The notes: generated by a model not told the origin, from the sequence alone. A stretch of 60,947 nt of DNA from a virus (IMGVR_UViG_3300009703_000019:1-60947), one strand, 5' to 3'; shown: positions 38,402 to 48,635, numbered from the stretch's first letter. Program-made: numbers and translations.

Positions 38402-39241
38402 TTAAAAATTGTCAATTTTAGGTATAAATTCTTTGAATCTATTTTCAATAAAATAATTTAATAATTTCGATTTTTTATGTATTACAGAGTTTGCGTAGCT
38501 TTCAAGTATACTATTCTCAATTTCTTTTGGTATTTTATCAAAATCAATTAACAATTCATTTCTCTGAAAATTTCTGAGCATAGTCTCATCACAAAACTCT
38601 TTGGGGTCTTTACCAAACCAAGAGTCTAATTTCTTTTTGGTAATTGGTGCCTGTCTTCCTCCTTCGACAAAAATATTATCTGCAGATAGAAAGTTTGGTA
38701 TACCGTCTCCCTTATCACCCCTGATAATATGTTCTCTCAGATAATTAGAAGGAGACCCATCCGGTTTAACTTGCTTTTTAGTAATAGGGGAATATTGTGA
38801 TATCCAATTATATCTCTGAAGTTGAAAATAATCTTTGTCCGAAGATATGATGAGACTTTTATCTTGGATATGTTTAGATAAAATACCTATAACATCATCT
38901 GCCTCAGCATTTTCAACTTCAATACACTTGAAGGGGAAATAATTATTTAAATCCAATTTAGTTGCATCTATGACTTTAAATATAGCTGGCCAATCTATTT
39001 TGGTTTCCTCTTTTCTTGCTTTCCTGCGACTTGCTTTGTAATATTCAAATACAGTTCTTCTCCAGTTCTTCTTTGAATCAAAACATAATATCATATCACC
39101 ATATTTTCCTTTATTCTTCATGTAAGATAAAAGGGAAGAATAAATCATGAATTTATATTTATTTTCATCTAGCTCATCATTATAAGACAGATATACCATT
39201 GCATTGGAAATAAACATCTGACTCGCATCAATATAGATCAT
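38402..39241 (-). CDS. rnh: T4-type RNase H (5'-3' exonuclease)
   Basis: WRR....YKA.R, EADD.I, SSDKD..QL, GDKGDGIPN. Confidence 0.92.
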   Translation of the reverse strand: MIYIDASQMFISNAMVYLSYNDELDENKYKFMIYSSLLSYMKNKGKYGDMILCFDSKKNWRRTVFEYYKASRRKARKEETKIDWPAIFKVIDATKLDLNNYFPFKCIEVENAEADDVIGILSKHIQDKSLIISSDKDYFQLQRYNWISQYSPITKKQVKPDGSPSNYLREHIIRGDKGDGIPNFLSADNIFVEGGRQAPITKKKLDSWFGKDPKEFCDETMLRNFQRNELLIDFDKIPKEIENSILESYANSVIHKKSKLLNYFIENRFKEFIPKIDNF

Positions 39242-39242
39242 A

Positions 39243-39392
39243 TCATTCCTCTATAATTTCATCAACATCTAAATTATCACTGCTACAAAACGGGCAGTGT
39301 TTAATTGTATATACTACTGGATCAAGTGAATGCGATATTTTAAAACTAGCATCGCAAGAATCACAGAGATAGTAGCTATTTAAATCCTCCAT
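39243..39392 (-). CDS. Small Zn-ribbon protein (49 aa, not in ORF track)
   Basis: Hand translation MEDLNSYYLCDSC...HCPFC...; TAATG overlap with primase stop. Confidence 0.6.
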   Translation of the reverse strand: MEDLNSYYLCDSCDASFKISHSLDPVVYTIKHCPFCSSDNLDVDEIIEE

Positions 39393-40366
39393 TATATTCT
39401 CTTCCATTCCGTTAATTTTAATTTAGCTCTCATTCCACAATATATATTATCATTTATAATATTCTGAATTTTAGTATCATTTAATATATATTCATTTATA
39501 TCTTTACCAATTATTTCATGGGGTATTAAAGAGATCCTAAATCCGAGATTAATAAATTTTTCAATATTATTAATAATAGTTTTATTTCTTGGTTCCTTGT
39601 CGGGTATTAAAATACATTTTTCTTTCGGTGCAACAGACTCCACTCGCGATAAATTTGAATTATTTACAGCAATTGAATTTTCGAGGAACATAGAATCTAT
39701 AGCGCCTTCTACAATATATATATCCTTTTTTAAATCGACTTCGCGAAGTCCGTAGAAAAGTTGTTCCTCTGTGTAAGAAACATTTGCATATCTTAATCCA
39801 CTCGGATTCAGAGCTCTTCCAGTAAATCCAATCAATTTGCCCTCCATATTATAATATGGAATAATAAGTCTTTCATCTTTTATATTTGATTTGGGATCCA
39901 ATTTATTAAACTTGTCTATATAGAAAAGCGAATCATATTTTTTCTTGGGGATTTTTCTCGACTCGACATATTTTATAGCGATATGATTTGAGGGGAGTTC
40001 AGTCAAAGAAATCGCAGACTTTTTGAGAGGGTTCGTATTGAATATGGGTTTCGAGAATTTAAATTCCTCAATGATAGGTTTCCTAACATCCTCCGTGGAT
40101 TTAAATTTTTCGAAATAATATTCCCTCGAAAGATTGGTATCAATCTCATTGATAAGGGAATAAAGGGATTTGGATATGTTACAATTATGACAGTAATAGA
40201 ACGATTCTTGCTTTTTTTCTATGATCCATCCCCGAGCCTTGGTTTGAGATTTCTGGGAATCCCCACAAAAAGGACAGCGAAAATTGTACTCCGTCATAGA
40301 TTTTTTCTTAAATCTATTGAGTCGGGGTGATAAGAGATTGATATATTTTAGATCAACATAATTCAT
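39392..40366 (-). CDS. gp61: DNA primase gp61
   Basis: NFRCPFCGDS...CHNC Zn ribbon; RLIIP, GRAL, VEG.IDS.F, D.EPRN, KDIN TOPRIM. Confidence 0.93.
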   Translation of the reverse strand: MNYVDLKYINLLSPRLNRFKKKSMTEYNFRCPFCGDSQKSQTKARGWIIEKKQESFYYCHNCNISKSLYSLINEIDTNLSREYYFEKFKSTEDVRKPIIEEFKFSKPIFNTNPLKKSAISLTELPSNHIAIKYVESRKIPKKKYDSLFYIDKFNKLDPKSNIKDERLIIPYYNMEGKLIGFTGRALNPSGLRYANVSYTEEQLFYGLREVDLKKDIYIVEGAIDSMFLENSIAVNNSNLSRVESVAPKEKCILIPDKEPRNKTIINNIEKFINLGFRISLIPHEIIGKDINEYILNDTKIQNIINDNIYCGMRAKLKLTEWKRI

Positions 40367-40472
40367 AATGTAATTATACCATAAAAACTTCTAATTGTAT
40401 AATAAAAGTGATTTAAAACTGTATATAAATCAATGGGTTAAAACCCCTATATTCAATCTATACGTAATTTTC

Positions 40473-40516
40473 TTGTGATTAAGGTGATTATAGGGGACCA
40501 ATCACCTTAATTGTAA
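40473..40516. other. Intergenic hairpin (12-bp perfect stem) with potential pseudoknot
   Basis: attaaggtgatt / aatcaccttaat; loop tatagggg is complementary to cccctata at 40444-40451. Confidence 0.5.
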
Positions 40517-40537
40517 AACTAGAGCATATAGCAGGTT

Positions 40538-40783
40538 TTACGGAAAAAGAACAGACTTCACAACCTCAACAAATCCAACAGACTGCAGTAGATATGCCAA
40601 AGCACCGCCATACGCAAGCCATTTGAGTTGTATCAAAGTCAGATTAATAGAAGCTATAGACTCTGCCATTTTAACGGTGGAATCATGAAGCTCTTCGATA
40701 TCTTCTTCGTGTTGCTCTAATATCCATTCGTGTCGATCCATCCTTCTATCTGGACAAGTCGTTTCACTTTTCTTGTCTGTCAT
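40538..40783 (-). CDS. Coiled-coil plus C-terminal TM protein (holin/XhlA-like, tentative)
   Basis: Likely start MTDKK; amphipathic helix then hydrophobic tail. Confidence 0.45.
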   Translation of the reverse strand: MTDKKSETTCPDRRMDRHEWILEQHEEDIEELHDSTVKMAESIASINLTLIQLKWLAYGGALAYLLQSVGFVEVVKSVLFP

Positions 40784-40784
40784 T

Positions 40785-41546
40785 TTAATCGGTCTCGTTT
40801 TCGCCAGCGTCCCAATTTTTATCAACCCAATTAAAAAATTTCACTCTTTCTTTATCGTTTAAATCTTCAATATCTTTTATTTTAAATTTTTTCATTGCTT
40901 TCTTGAAGAAAACTTCGTATTCTTCTTCATTGACAACTTCTTCTTTTATACCCCATTTTGCCAATTTAGCCTTGAGAAGTTTTTCTTGTTCTTTGAGTTT
41001 ACGTTCTTTGATGCGCTTCATAACAGATTTGAAATTTTTAGATCTACCATCAAACTTCATTACATTATCTTTCTTCGCAATATGCCCATCACCCATATTA
41101 TTTGTTGGTGCATCTTCCGTTACATCTTTATCCATGTTCTCTTCCTCTAATAAGCATAATGCTTCTGTTAATGTTAATTGTTCTGTTAGTTCGCCAATAC
41201 CGCTAAAATCTCTATTAGACTCTAAATATTCGACTAATATGTTATATTCGTCTTCCCTCATATGCTCTTTCAATAGGAATAATGCTGCAGCATAAGTTCC
41301 GAGTTTAGATTTAACCAAAGGGATCTTGGATAAAATTCTTTTGAAATTGAATACCATTCTATGAAGCATGGTATACGCATTCTTTTCTTCCGAAGAAGTA
41401 ACTTTCTTCTCTTTTATTCTTTTCCCCTCTCCATTAATTATACCGAGTTTAAATGCCTCTTGATCTTCCCACGGTATAGTAAGAATTCGGAGAAACCGAT
41501 ATGTTGCAAATAAATCAATATATTTGCCTTCTGTTATAGTATTCAT
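40785..41546 (-). CDS. Conserved hypothetical T4-like protein (late block)
   Basis: YRFL..L..PWE...AFKLGII...G, YAAALFL.KE, EDAPTN. Confidence 0.65.
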   Translation of the reverse strand: MNTITEGKYIDLFATYRFLRILTIPWEDQEAFKLGIINGEGKRIKEKKVTSSEEKNAYTMLHRMVFNFKRILSKIPLVKSKLGTYAAALFLLKEHMREDEYNILVEYLESNRDFSGIGELTEQLTLTEALCLLEEENMDKDVTEDAPTNNMGDGHIAKKDNVMKFDGRSKNFKSVMKRIKERKLKEQEKLLKAKLAKWGIKEEVVNEEEYEVFFKKAMKKFKIKDIEDLNDKERVKFFNWVDKNWDAGENETD

Positions 41547-41893
41547 ATTTTCTCCAATTCCTGTAAAATATCATAATCGGGAACAATTGAAACCATTTCA
41601 TCTGGACTTAAATATCCAAGATATATCAAAATTGATTTCAATTTACCCCAATGCTTAGGGTTTGTGTGATAAAATAATAAAGCTCTAACACCCTCGGTTG
41701 AAAATGTATTTTGGAGAATTATAATGGTATTTAATATTAACCTGTGATTAATATTTGCCGAATTTAAAAGTTTATTCATCAATTTAAACTTTTTATAATC
41801 TTCTTCAAATTCATCTTCACCTCTTAAAGATGGGTTAGAATAATGTTTAATAGCAAACATCACAACATTTTTGCTATTTAAATTCTCAAACAT
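41543..41893 (-). CDS. Conserved hypothetical T4-like protein
   Basis: FAIKHY.NP.....EF.ED.K.FK...RLILN. Confidence 0.65.
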   Translation of the reverse strand: MFENLNSKNVVMFAIKHYSNPSLRGEDEFEEDYKKFKLMNKLLNSANINHRLILNTIIILQNTFSTEGVRALLFYHTNPKHWGKLKSILIYLGYLSPDEMVSIVPDYDILQELEKI

Positions 41894-42339
41894 TATATTA
41901 TAGTAGCACCATTATTTGAAATAATCGCCCAACCAGATGCAGTATAAAGTAATAAGACGGAATCCCCGACAGAATCAAATACCATCGATGTACCGTTAAT
42001 AAAGCTAGTAGGTGTTATAGTAACATCACCCCCTGCATCAACAGTCATTACAATAAATTTCAATTGTCCAGTACCGCCGTTAGCTAATGTTCCGGTTATA
42101 TTCGATGCTCCACTGCTGATTAAACTAATTACCTTATCTATATCCATTACACCAGAAGAAGTTATAGTTTCTGGTGTTTGAGCTAAATTTAATAATCCTG
42201 GAATATTCTCAAAAAGATTACCGATACTTAATTTTTTATTTACTGGAGATCCACTTGGATCATCTATAACATGAAGTAAATCTACAGTAGAAACGGTAGT
42301 ACCAATGTCAGTTAATTGTGTGATTTTTTTATTTGCCAT
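41893..42339 (-). CDS. Virion structural protein
   Basis: MANKKITQL..., GQLK.I, beta-rich. Confidence 0.6.
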   Translation of the reverse strand: MANKKITQLTDIGTTVSTVDLLHVIDDPSGSPVNKKLSIGNLFENIPGLLNLAQTPETITSSGVMDIDKVISLISSGASNITGTLANGGTGQLKFIVMTVDAGGDVTITPTSFINGTSMVFDSVGDSVLLLYTASGWAIISNNGATII

Positions 42340-42392
42340 CTTTTAAACCCTCCCGGGAATTGTTATGCTGGAACTCAGCTCAAATTGACGAA

Positions 42393-42554
42393 TTAATCCT
42401 CTACCGGAGCTTCGGATTTTTTCTGGTTTTTCTTCGATACTGATAAATCAAGAGATTTATCAGATACGTATAATTCACCGGTTACGGGATCTTTCCATCC
42501 TTCTTTAGTTGCTACTGCGTTTGAACACCAAAATGGTGCAGTTTGTTTAGACAT
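42393..42554 (-). CDS. Small hypothetical protein (53 aa, not in ORF track)
   Basis: Hand translation MSKQTAPFWCSNAVATKEGWKDPVTGELYVS...; AAGGAG RBS; late promoter upstream. Confidence 0.6.
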   Translation of the reverse strand: MSKQTAPFWCSNAVATKEGWKDPVTGELYVSDKSLDLSVSKKNQKKSEAPVED

Positions 42555-42579
42555 AAGTTTCTCCTTTCGTACACTTGTA

Positions 42580-44439
42580 TTATTTATTTATAATGGCTTT
42601 GAAGCCTATTCTACTTCTAGAGGGAGCAGTTGCTCCGTGACCCCAAGAGAATTCGAATTTCATATTCTTAAATTTGGCGTATTTAAACCTAAGTTTACCG
42701 GGTAGAGCATCAGCGTTTAATTGGAGTATCGATATCCTAGCTAGCATGCTTGATAAAATTTCAGTATACTCCTTCGAATTCAAAACTTGTAGTAAAGCTT
42801 TTGTTAAAGGCGCGATAATAATACCCTCTGGTTGAGTCAGTCTGTCATCATCATATTTTTTCCAAGTAGCGTCAGATATTTTATATTTCGTCATTTTAAA
42901 AAATTTAGACAGCAATACCTTTAATTCCTTTGAATTTTTTTGTTTTAACCAAGCCCTTAACACTGTAGAATCGACAACCTTAGTTCCGGTTACGCGATAT
43001 AATTCTTTAATTGGAGCAGTATTCAAGTGCCCATGTGCTTGTATCGAGGATTCTAGAACTGGCGCCATTATTATCATTTTTAGAATAGTTATAAGTTTTT
43101 CTTCAGTTGGGTTTAAACCCTTTGCGGCTATGATTTTATCCATAATACCGTCAAGGTTTGTTATTGACGCTGAAGACCCCTGACCAGATTTAACCGATAT
43201 TGGATACCTAATGCTACCCCTAATTCCATAAAAATCCAGTAGAGGTTCATTAATCGCTGAGGGAAATAAAACTTTACTAAACCCGATATTAGACATTGCC
43301 CAAATAGCAGCGCATGATTCCCCGAAATTCGCTGAAATAGTTTTAAGTTCTTTAGGATTAAAGGGTGATTTAGAAGGAACGGGTATATCATTTCCCTTTG
43401 TCTGCGAGAGAGTTAATAATTCTATTAAATATGAAGTTTGGGAAGTATTAAGTCCCATTTCCAGCTTAAGTTTATTAATCTTCTTTTTAACTATAGTTAT
43501 GAGAGCTTTTGCTGTTAATTCTTGTCCTGTAACACCAAGATGGTCTGGTGTTAAGTCTTTGCCTCCTACAATATTATCAATCACATTTCGCAAAACAATA
43601 TAGACTGATCCAATTTCAGACGTCGCTTTGTACGTATTATATTTGCTAGATCTAGATTCGCGGTCTCCAGCGAGACTAACCTTATAGCCAAGCGGTGATA
43701 GTTTTTCTTCTAACCCCTCTGATGGATTCAGCTTCAATCGAATATGAAATCCGCCATTTTTGTAGGAGTTAGTTATTTGATAGGAAGGAAGTTTTGATTT
43801 TATATCCGATAATATATCAGATTCAATATCAGTCATCTTTGAACGAGATTCAATTAACTTGATCCATTCGTTAAATGATTTTATATTCATTTCACCTTTA
43901 AGAATATCGAATAATTCTTGACCCTTTTTAAATCGAGGTGGAAGACCTTTCTTAAATAATTCAAAATCATTACTTGATACTGCCGCTCTCATTTTGGAAG
44001 CGGACATACCCTCAACACCTTCGGCATCTGGGTCACGATCCCCTGCAGAGACAACATCCACCTTTTTAAAATCATAGAATCCGTGCCTCTTTCCATCAAC
44101 CCCATTATATTTAAGAATAAGTTTTTTGAAGTCAGAGATTCTGTCAGAACCAACAACCATTTTTACTTCCTCATATCCTTCATCATAAAACTTAACCAAA
44201 ATATCAAATACATTAGTTACAGATTCATCCATAATATAAAGGGAATGTTTCGGGAACATTAATCTAGAATACTTCACCTTATCTTTGAATGAGAGGGGAT
44301 TCTTTTTCTTATCGTGGGACTTGGAAAGATATAATCTATATCCACCAGATCCAGAATTCTTTTTCAGAGCATCTAATAATTTACCATGACCTGTGGTCGG
44401 TGGGTTTAATCTTCCAAATGAAAATGTTATATTTTTCAT
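42580..44439 (-). CDS. Cytidylyltransferase-like (HxGH) domain fused to a putative PD-(D/E)XK nuclease-like domain
   Basis: FGRLNPPTTGH, VGSDR, SAGDRDPD...MSASKMR; C-half FGE...FP...NEPLLDF...ISVKSG. Confidence 0.7.
   Translation of the reverse strand: MKNITFSFGRLNPPTTGHGKLLDALKKNSGSGGYRLYLSKSHDKKKNPLSFKDKVKYSRLMFPKHSLYIMDESVTNVFDILVKFYDEGYEEVKMVVGSDRISDFKKLILKYNGVDGKRHGFYDFKKVDVVSAGDRDPDAEGVEGMSASKMRAAVSSNDFELFKKGLPPRFKKGQELFDILKGEMNIKSFNEWIKLIESRSKMTDIESDILSDIKSKLPSYQITNSYKNGGFHIRLKLNPSEGLEEKLSPLGYKVSLAGDRESRSSKYNTYKATSEIGSVYIVLRNVIDNIVGGKDLTPDHLGVTGQELTAKALITIVKKKINKLKLEMGLNTSQTSYLIELLTLSQTKGNDIPVPSKSPFNPKELKTISANFGESCAAIWAMSNIGFSKVLFPSAINEPLLDFYGIRGSIRYPISVKSGQGSSASITNLDGIMDKIIAAKGLNPTEEKLITILKMIIMAPVLESSIQAHGHLNTAPIKELYRVTGTKVVDSTVLRAWLKQKNSKELKVLLSKFFKMTKYKISDATWKKYDDDRLTQPEGIIIAPLTKALLQVLNSKEYTEILSSMLARISILQLNADALPGKLRFKYAKFKNMKFEFSWGHGATAPSRSRIGFKAIINK
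42585..42592 (-). promoter_or_regulatory. T4-type late promoter TATAAATA
   Basis: Exact motif overlapping the end of the upstream gene. Confidence 0.65.
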
Positions 44440-45158
44440 TACTTATTCCTTTTATTACCTATGGAGTCACCATACGCAACAGCCAAAGGAAGTAATTTAA
44501 GAAGGGGTAGATTGATTTTCAGGACATTGAGTTTCATATTCCTATCTAATAATATAGCAGACAGAAATCTATGATGACCGTCAATAATACGATTATCAGA
44601 TGATACGATTAATATTTTAGAATTTAATAGTTTAATGGTCCCGTCGACGCCATTCCTGGCTATAGTACCCAGACCCTTATCAAAATATATTTGATCTTGA
44701 ATTGGGGTTAAATCCTTTGCTGCGATCTTATCTCTTGTGACACTTACAACGTCATCTTTTTTATTACCATCATTCTTTTTTAATCCCGCCTCTAAAAATT
44801 TATTAGCTTTATCCCCAGACAGACCTTCGGGGAATGGATTCGCTTGATTGGTGTCTTTGGAAAATGGTTTAGTTATATCAAGTTTACCCTGACTCAATCT
44901 CTTTTGAAATTTATCAACATCCTTCGAGGTTATAACCGGCATATCCTTTCTTTTGGTAGAACCTTTATATGCGAGTTTTTGTGCTAGGATATAGTTTTCA
45001 TCAAAATCCGGAATATCTTTATCTAGTGTTGGGAATTTAGATAATGCATATTCTCTTGCATCTTCAAGCGAAGTGGTGATAACTTCCAATTGGCCAGCTG
45101 AAGCACCTCCCCCTTCCATCAACATAACAGCTATTAAGTAATTCTTAAATCCCTTCAT
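44439..45158 (-). CDS. ParB/Srx-like domain protein
   Basis: L.PIQ.QI...IIDGHHR; N-terminus MKGFKNYL. Confidence 0.65.
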   Translation of the reverse strand: MKGFKNYLIAVMLMEGGGASAGQLEVITTSLEDAREYALSKFPTLDKDIPDFDENYILAQKLAYKGSTKRKDMPVITSKDVDKFQKRLSQGKLDITKPFSKDTNQANPFPEGLSGDKANKFLEAGLKKNDGNKKDDVVSVTRDKIAAKDLTPIQDQIYFDKGLGTIARNGVDGTIKLLNSKILIVSSDNRIIDGHHRFLSAILLDRNMKLNVLKINLPLLKLLPLAVAYGDSIGNKRNK

Positions 45159-46372
45159 TTTTCCCAGCCCTTAATTATATTTGGATTAAAATTATTCGAA
45201 GAAAATTCCATGCGATCTACGAGTTTGACAGCATTGCCATCTCTATTAATAGCAACATATCCCTCAGTACCCGTAACCTTAAATCCATTTTTAGTTTTTA
45301 CAAATGTTGATATACTAGAAACTCTATTCATTTTAGAGATAAGTATTTCCTTAGCATCAACTAAATAATTTTGAAGTTCGAACATTAATCTTAAATTAGT
45401 TTTATTGGAAGGGGAAAAGAACTCTAGAGTTTTATCCCGTGCCGCTGTCTTTCTCTCCTTACCCTTCGCTGACTTGAGTTTATCAATCTGTTTTTGATAC
45501 CTCTCATTTATCCAATCTATTAGGTCAGATGTATGCTTCTTGGGGTCGGTAATGCGTTCTTGACTTCTGACCTTGGTATTGTTAAATGTATTGATGAGAA
45601 GATTAATTTCAGAATCCTGAGCAACTAATTTTAATGTTGTGGAGGAGATTTTTCTGAATATTTTACCTGCAGAAGATAGATGTGAAGTAACCAAATCCGT
45701 TTCGTCCTTGGTCATTGTGGCAGTACCACTTAAATCATCTAGATCAGCAGTTCTCATCCAAACCGATTTAGTTTTATTTAACTTTGATATATCAATCAAG
45801 AAAGATGCTGACATATCTTCAAAAGAAGATCCTGTATATTCTGTGTGCCAAACAACACCTATTTTAGATTGAAGAAGTGGATCAGCTTGATCAAATGGAA
45901 CTGCATATACTATAGTATTTGGATGAAATGTAATATACGAATCACCATCAATTCTCTCTTTTTTGAGATCGGATTTGGTAAACATAATATCACCTTGAAG
46001 AACACCTTTGATATTGAGTTTCTTCAATTCTGTATATGCAATTTTTAATTTGGCAGATAAATCCCCAGAAGTATCATCATCAATATCAGAATGTGATTTA
46101 TAAACTTTGGGATTCTTATTAAAGATCCCTTTCTTTGCTACAAAAAACTCACCATCACTAGGATCTATTCCAGCGAACACAGCAGGCGCTCCATCCCATT
46201 TTACTGTTACAGAATGAGATGTATTTGAATCACCCTTCAACATATCTCTCAGGGATCTAAGGGCATTAATAGCATCGCGCGTACCATCAACCCCACCATC
46301 AAGAACTAAATCCTCAATATGAGTCATATGGGTGTTCTTTGCTTCTTTCAAGTGTGATTTAAATGACAACAT
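45155..46372 (-). CDS. Conserved T4-like protein with ligase-like KxDG motif (DUF6267-like)
   Basis: NTHMTHIED, TVKWDGAPA, QGD.MF, FHPNTI.Y, EGYV...KLVDR.EFS. Confidence 0.65.
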   Translation of the reverse strand: MLSFKSHLKEAKNTHMTHIEDLVLDGGVDGTRDAINALRSLRDMLKGDSNTSHSVTVKWDGAPAVFAGIDPSDGEFFVAKKGIFNKNPKVYKSHSDIDDDTSGDLSAKLKIAYTELKKLNIKGVLQGDIMFTKSDLKKERIDGDSYITFHPNTIVYAVPFDQADPLLQSKIGVVWHTEYTGSSFEDMSASFLIDISKLNKTKSVWMRTADLDDLSGTATMTKDETDLVTSHLSSAGKIFRKISSTTLKLVAQDSEINLLINTFNNTKVRSQERITDPKKHTSDLIDWINERYQKQIDKLKSAKGKERKTAARDKTLEFFSPSNKTNLRLMFELQNYLVDAKEILISKMNRVSSISTFVKTKNGFKVTGTEGYVAINRDGNAVKLVDRMEFSSNNFNPNIIKGWEK

Positions 46373-46725
46373 TATTTTTCCATATTGGCCTTAACTCTCG
46401 CGAGTTCTTGCTTCTTAACAGCCTTCATGAGCTTTTTAGATAATTTTTCAATCGCGCTTTTCTTTTTGGCAAGTTTCTTTTCAATATTACTTTTCTCTTG
46501 ATCCGATAAATCATTCCACGATTTATCACCAATTAATTTATTTGCAAAAACTTCCTTAGCCTTTTTGTGAGCTTTAGATTTAATTTTTTCAGGTGAAGCT
46601 ATCTTTAATGCTGATCGGGCTTTCTTCAATTTTGTGGAAGATTTCTTAGCCAGTTTTGCCATGTTGCGAGACATCTTCCTTCTCGTTTCTCTAGATATAA
46701 CTTCATCTAATTCAGATTCAGACAT
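46372..46725 (-). CDS. Lys-rich hypothetical protein
   Basis: 117 aa; basic; ELDEV N-terminus. Confidence 0.6.
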   Translation of the reverse strand: MSESELDEVISRETRRKMSRNMAKLAKKSSTKLKKARSALKIASPEKIKSKAHKKAKEVFANKLIGDKSWNDLSDQEKSNIEKKLAKKKSAIEKLSKKLMKAVKKQELARVKANMEK

Positions 46726-46739
46726 AGTATTGTTTCCTA

Positions 46740-46973
46740 TTAATATCTAGATCTAGTTTTTTTGAGTCGGCGACTTCTCTCTTTATCTATTTTGATAGAT
46801 CCCTTAGCAATCTTCTCTCTACGTTTTTTAGCTTTAATTGCTGCTTTTTTACCACCTGCAGTTTTTGCATATTTCTTACGTTTTTTAGCATCAGATACCC
46901 TATCGGCGACAGTTTTCTTTTTAGGTAATTCCTTTTCTTCTAATGATTTGATTAACTCAGAATAAGTTAACAT
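46740..46973 (-). CDS. Lys/Arg-rich small protein (possible internal head/core protein)
   Basis: MLTYSELIKSLEE; first gene after late promoter. Confidence 0.6.
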   Translation of the reverse strand: MLTYSELIKSLEEKELPKKKTVADRVSDAKKRKKYAKTAGGKKAAIKAKKRREKIAKGSIKIDKERSRRLKKTRSRY

Positions 46974-47002
46974 ACCAAACTCCTATAATTATTATACTAA
47001 AC

Positions 47003-47010
47003 TATTTATA
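47003..47010 (-). promoter_or_regulatory. T4-type late promoter TATAAATA
   Basis: Exact motif heading the 46973-40538 block. Confidence 0.75.
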
Positions 47011-47022
47011 ATAATTAAAAGT

Positions 47023-48375
47023 TTATATAACAAATCCTGAGTATTGAGATTTTTCTTTTTGTGAATTAGATTGGGTCGAAACTAAACCGTCCTGTGCCTT
47101 AGCCTCCAGATCATAGAGTCTCATTTTCGAGCGATCAATTCCAACAGTAAACCTTTTATAATAGGATACATCATTATATCTATTTTTCAATTGTTTGATC
47201 ATAATCTGATTCATTTCTTCCAGATCCTCTGTTGATATGAGAGCTAACATGAGATCAACTGTAGCAGGAAGTCCAAACGATTCTGCAGTATTAGTTAGAT
47301 CGATATCCGCATCACCAGCACCAGATCTGTTAACTTGTGTTGCAGTAACGATAGGAAGATTTTGCATAACAGAAAGTCCTCTAAGTTCCTCTGCAATGCT
47401 CTTAATAATCGTATATGAATTATGATTAGACCCTGCCTTGAATCTCTTAGATGTGCAGAGATTTATATAATCCACAAAAATAATATCAGGTTTAAATGAT
47501 TTCTTTATCCTAAGTTCATCTAGAAGATGTTCAAAATGACCAGCATGAGCAGAGGATGTCGGATATTCTTTGACAATTAATTTACCTCTACATTTCTTTT
47601 TAACCTTATCTATCCTTGCATCGAACTCAAATTTATTAAGTTTAGGAACATCTACTATACTAACATCCATTAAATTAGCATCGATTCTTTCTGCGATTCT
47701 TTCTTCGGACATTTCTAAGGTTATATACAATACATTAGATCCTACTTCCATGGCTGCAGCTGCCTGATGACACATGACCAGAGATTTACCAACACCAGTT
47801 CCAGACATCCAGCATAGGAGTGATTTATTAGGTAGACCCCCCTTCGTAATTTTATTAAGAATATCTATATCAAATGGTATTTTTTCTTCTTTTCTGTGAT
47901 AGAAATCGAATCTATCTTCTGCAGAATCATAGTAATCATGCCCAACATTAGAATCAAAAGAAACCGATAGAGCATCAGATAATATAGAAGGTAATGCATC
48001 TGGTGTTAAATCTTTCTCTTTACCATCAATAATAGAAATGGATTTCAGTACTGCATTATATACAGATCTATCTTTACAGAATTGCTCTGTCTCATTAACC
48101 AACCAGTCTACATCAACTTCAGATGGAGAAATAGAATTGATATGATCTATTAATTTGGAATGTACATCATCAGTTATATTATTTCTTTTATTAATTCCTA
48201 TGATCAGAGCTTCTTTGGATGGAATATTTGAATATTCACCTACATAATTATGGATTTCCTTAAATATTTCCCTTTCTATATTTCCTTGGAAATATTCTTC
48301 CCTAATAAAAGGTATTACCTTTCTAAGAAATACCTCATTCGTTATCAGGTTTTTGATTATCGTTTCTTCTATCAT
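47023..48375 (-). CDS. gp41: Replicative DNA helicase gp41
   Basis: GTGVGKS, TLEM.EERI..RID, KEYPT, DY.N, AEELRG, TATQ..R, ESFGLP, KQLKNRY. Confidence 0.95.
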   Translation of the reverse strand: MIEETIIKNLITNEVFLRKVIPFIREEYFQGNIEREIFKEIHNYVGEYSNIPSKEALIIGINKRNNITDDVHSKLIDHINSISPSEVDVDWLVNETEQFCKDRSVYNAVLKSISIIDGKEKDLTPDALPSILSDALSVSFDSNVGHDYYDSAEDRFDFYHRKEEKIPFDIDILNKITKGGLPNKSLLCWMSGTGVGKSLVMCHQAAAAMEVGSNVLYITLEMSEERIAERIDANLMDVSIVDVPKLNKFEFDARIDKVKKKCRGKLIVKEYPTSSAHAGHFEHLLDELRIKKSFKPDIIFVDYINLCTSKRFKAGSNHNSYTIIKSIAEELRGLSVMQNLPIVTATQVNRSGAGDADIDLTNTAESFGLPATVDLMLALISTEDLEEMNQIMIKQLKNRYNDVSYYKRFTVGIDRSKMRLYDLEAKAQDGLVSTQSNSQKEKSQYSGFVI

Positions 48376-48631
48376 CTTTGCTCATACTCTTATCAATTTC
48401 TTGTACAAGGACATCCCCCATTATACATTCAAATTCTTCGGAATCTTTATAATCTTTGTTATTAGGATTATTAAGAACCTCAAAATCAAATGTTAAAACA
48501 GGTGGATCATCCTCAGAGAATCTAACATCGCCATATATATAAATTATATCATCAAAATTCCCACCCCTTAGTTTAATACCAGTTCTATCTGGCACATTTT
48601 CATTTTCAACATACGAATATTCTTGTTTCAT
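48335..48631 (-). CDS. gp40-like head vertex assembly chaperone (tentative)
   Basis: Sits between uvsX and gp41 as T4 gene 40; YGDV.F...L.FDF.V pattern. Confidence 0.5.
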   Translation of the reverse strand: MKQEYSYVENENVPDRTGIKLRGGNFDDIIYIYGDVRFSEDDPPVLTFDFEVLNNPNNKDYKDSEEFECIMGDVLVQEIDKSMSKDDRRNDNQKPDNE

Positions 48632-48635
48632 TTAT

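Noticed and set aside
40373-40401. Tenth early promoter upstream of primase
   Set aside because: TATAAT with 17-nt spacing is present but the -35 reads TATACA rather than GTTTAC; plausible but not counted.
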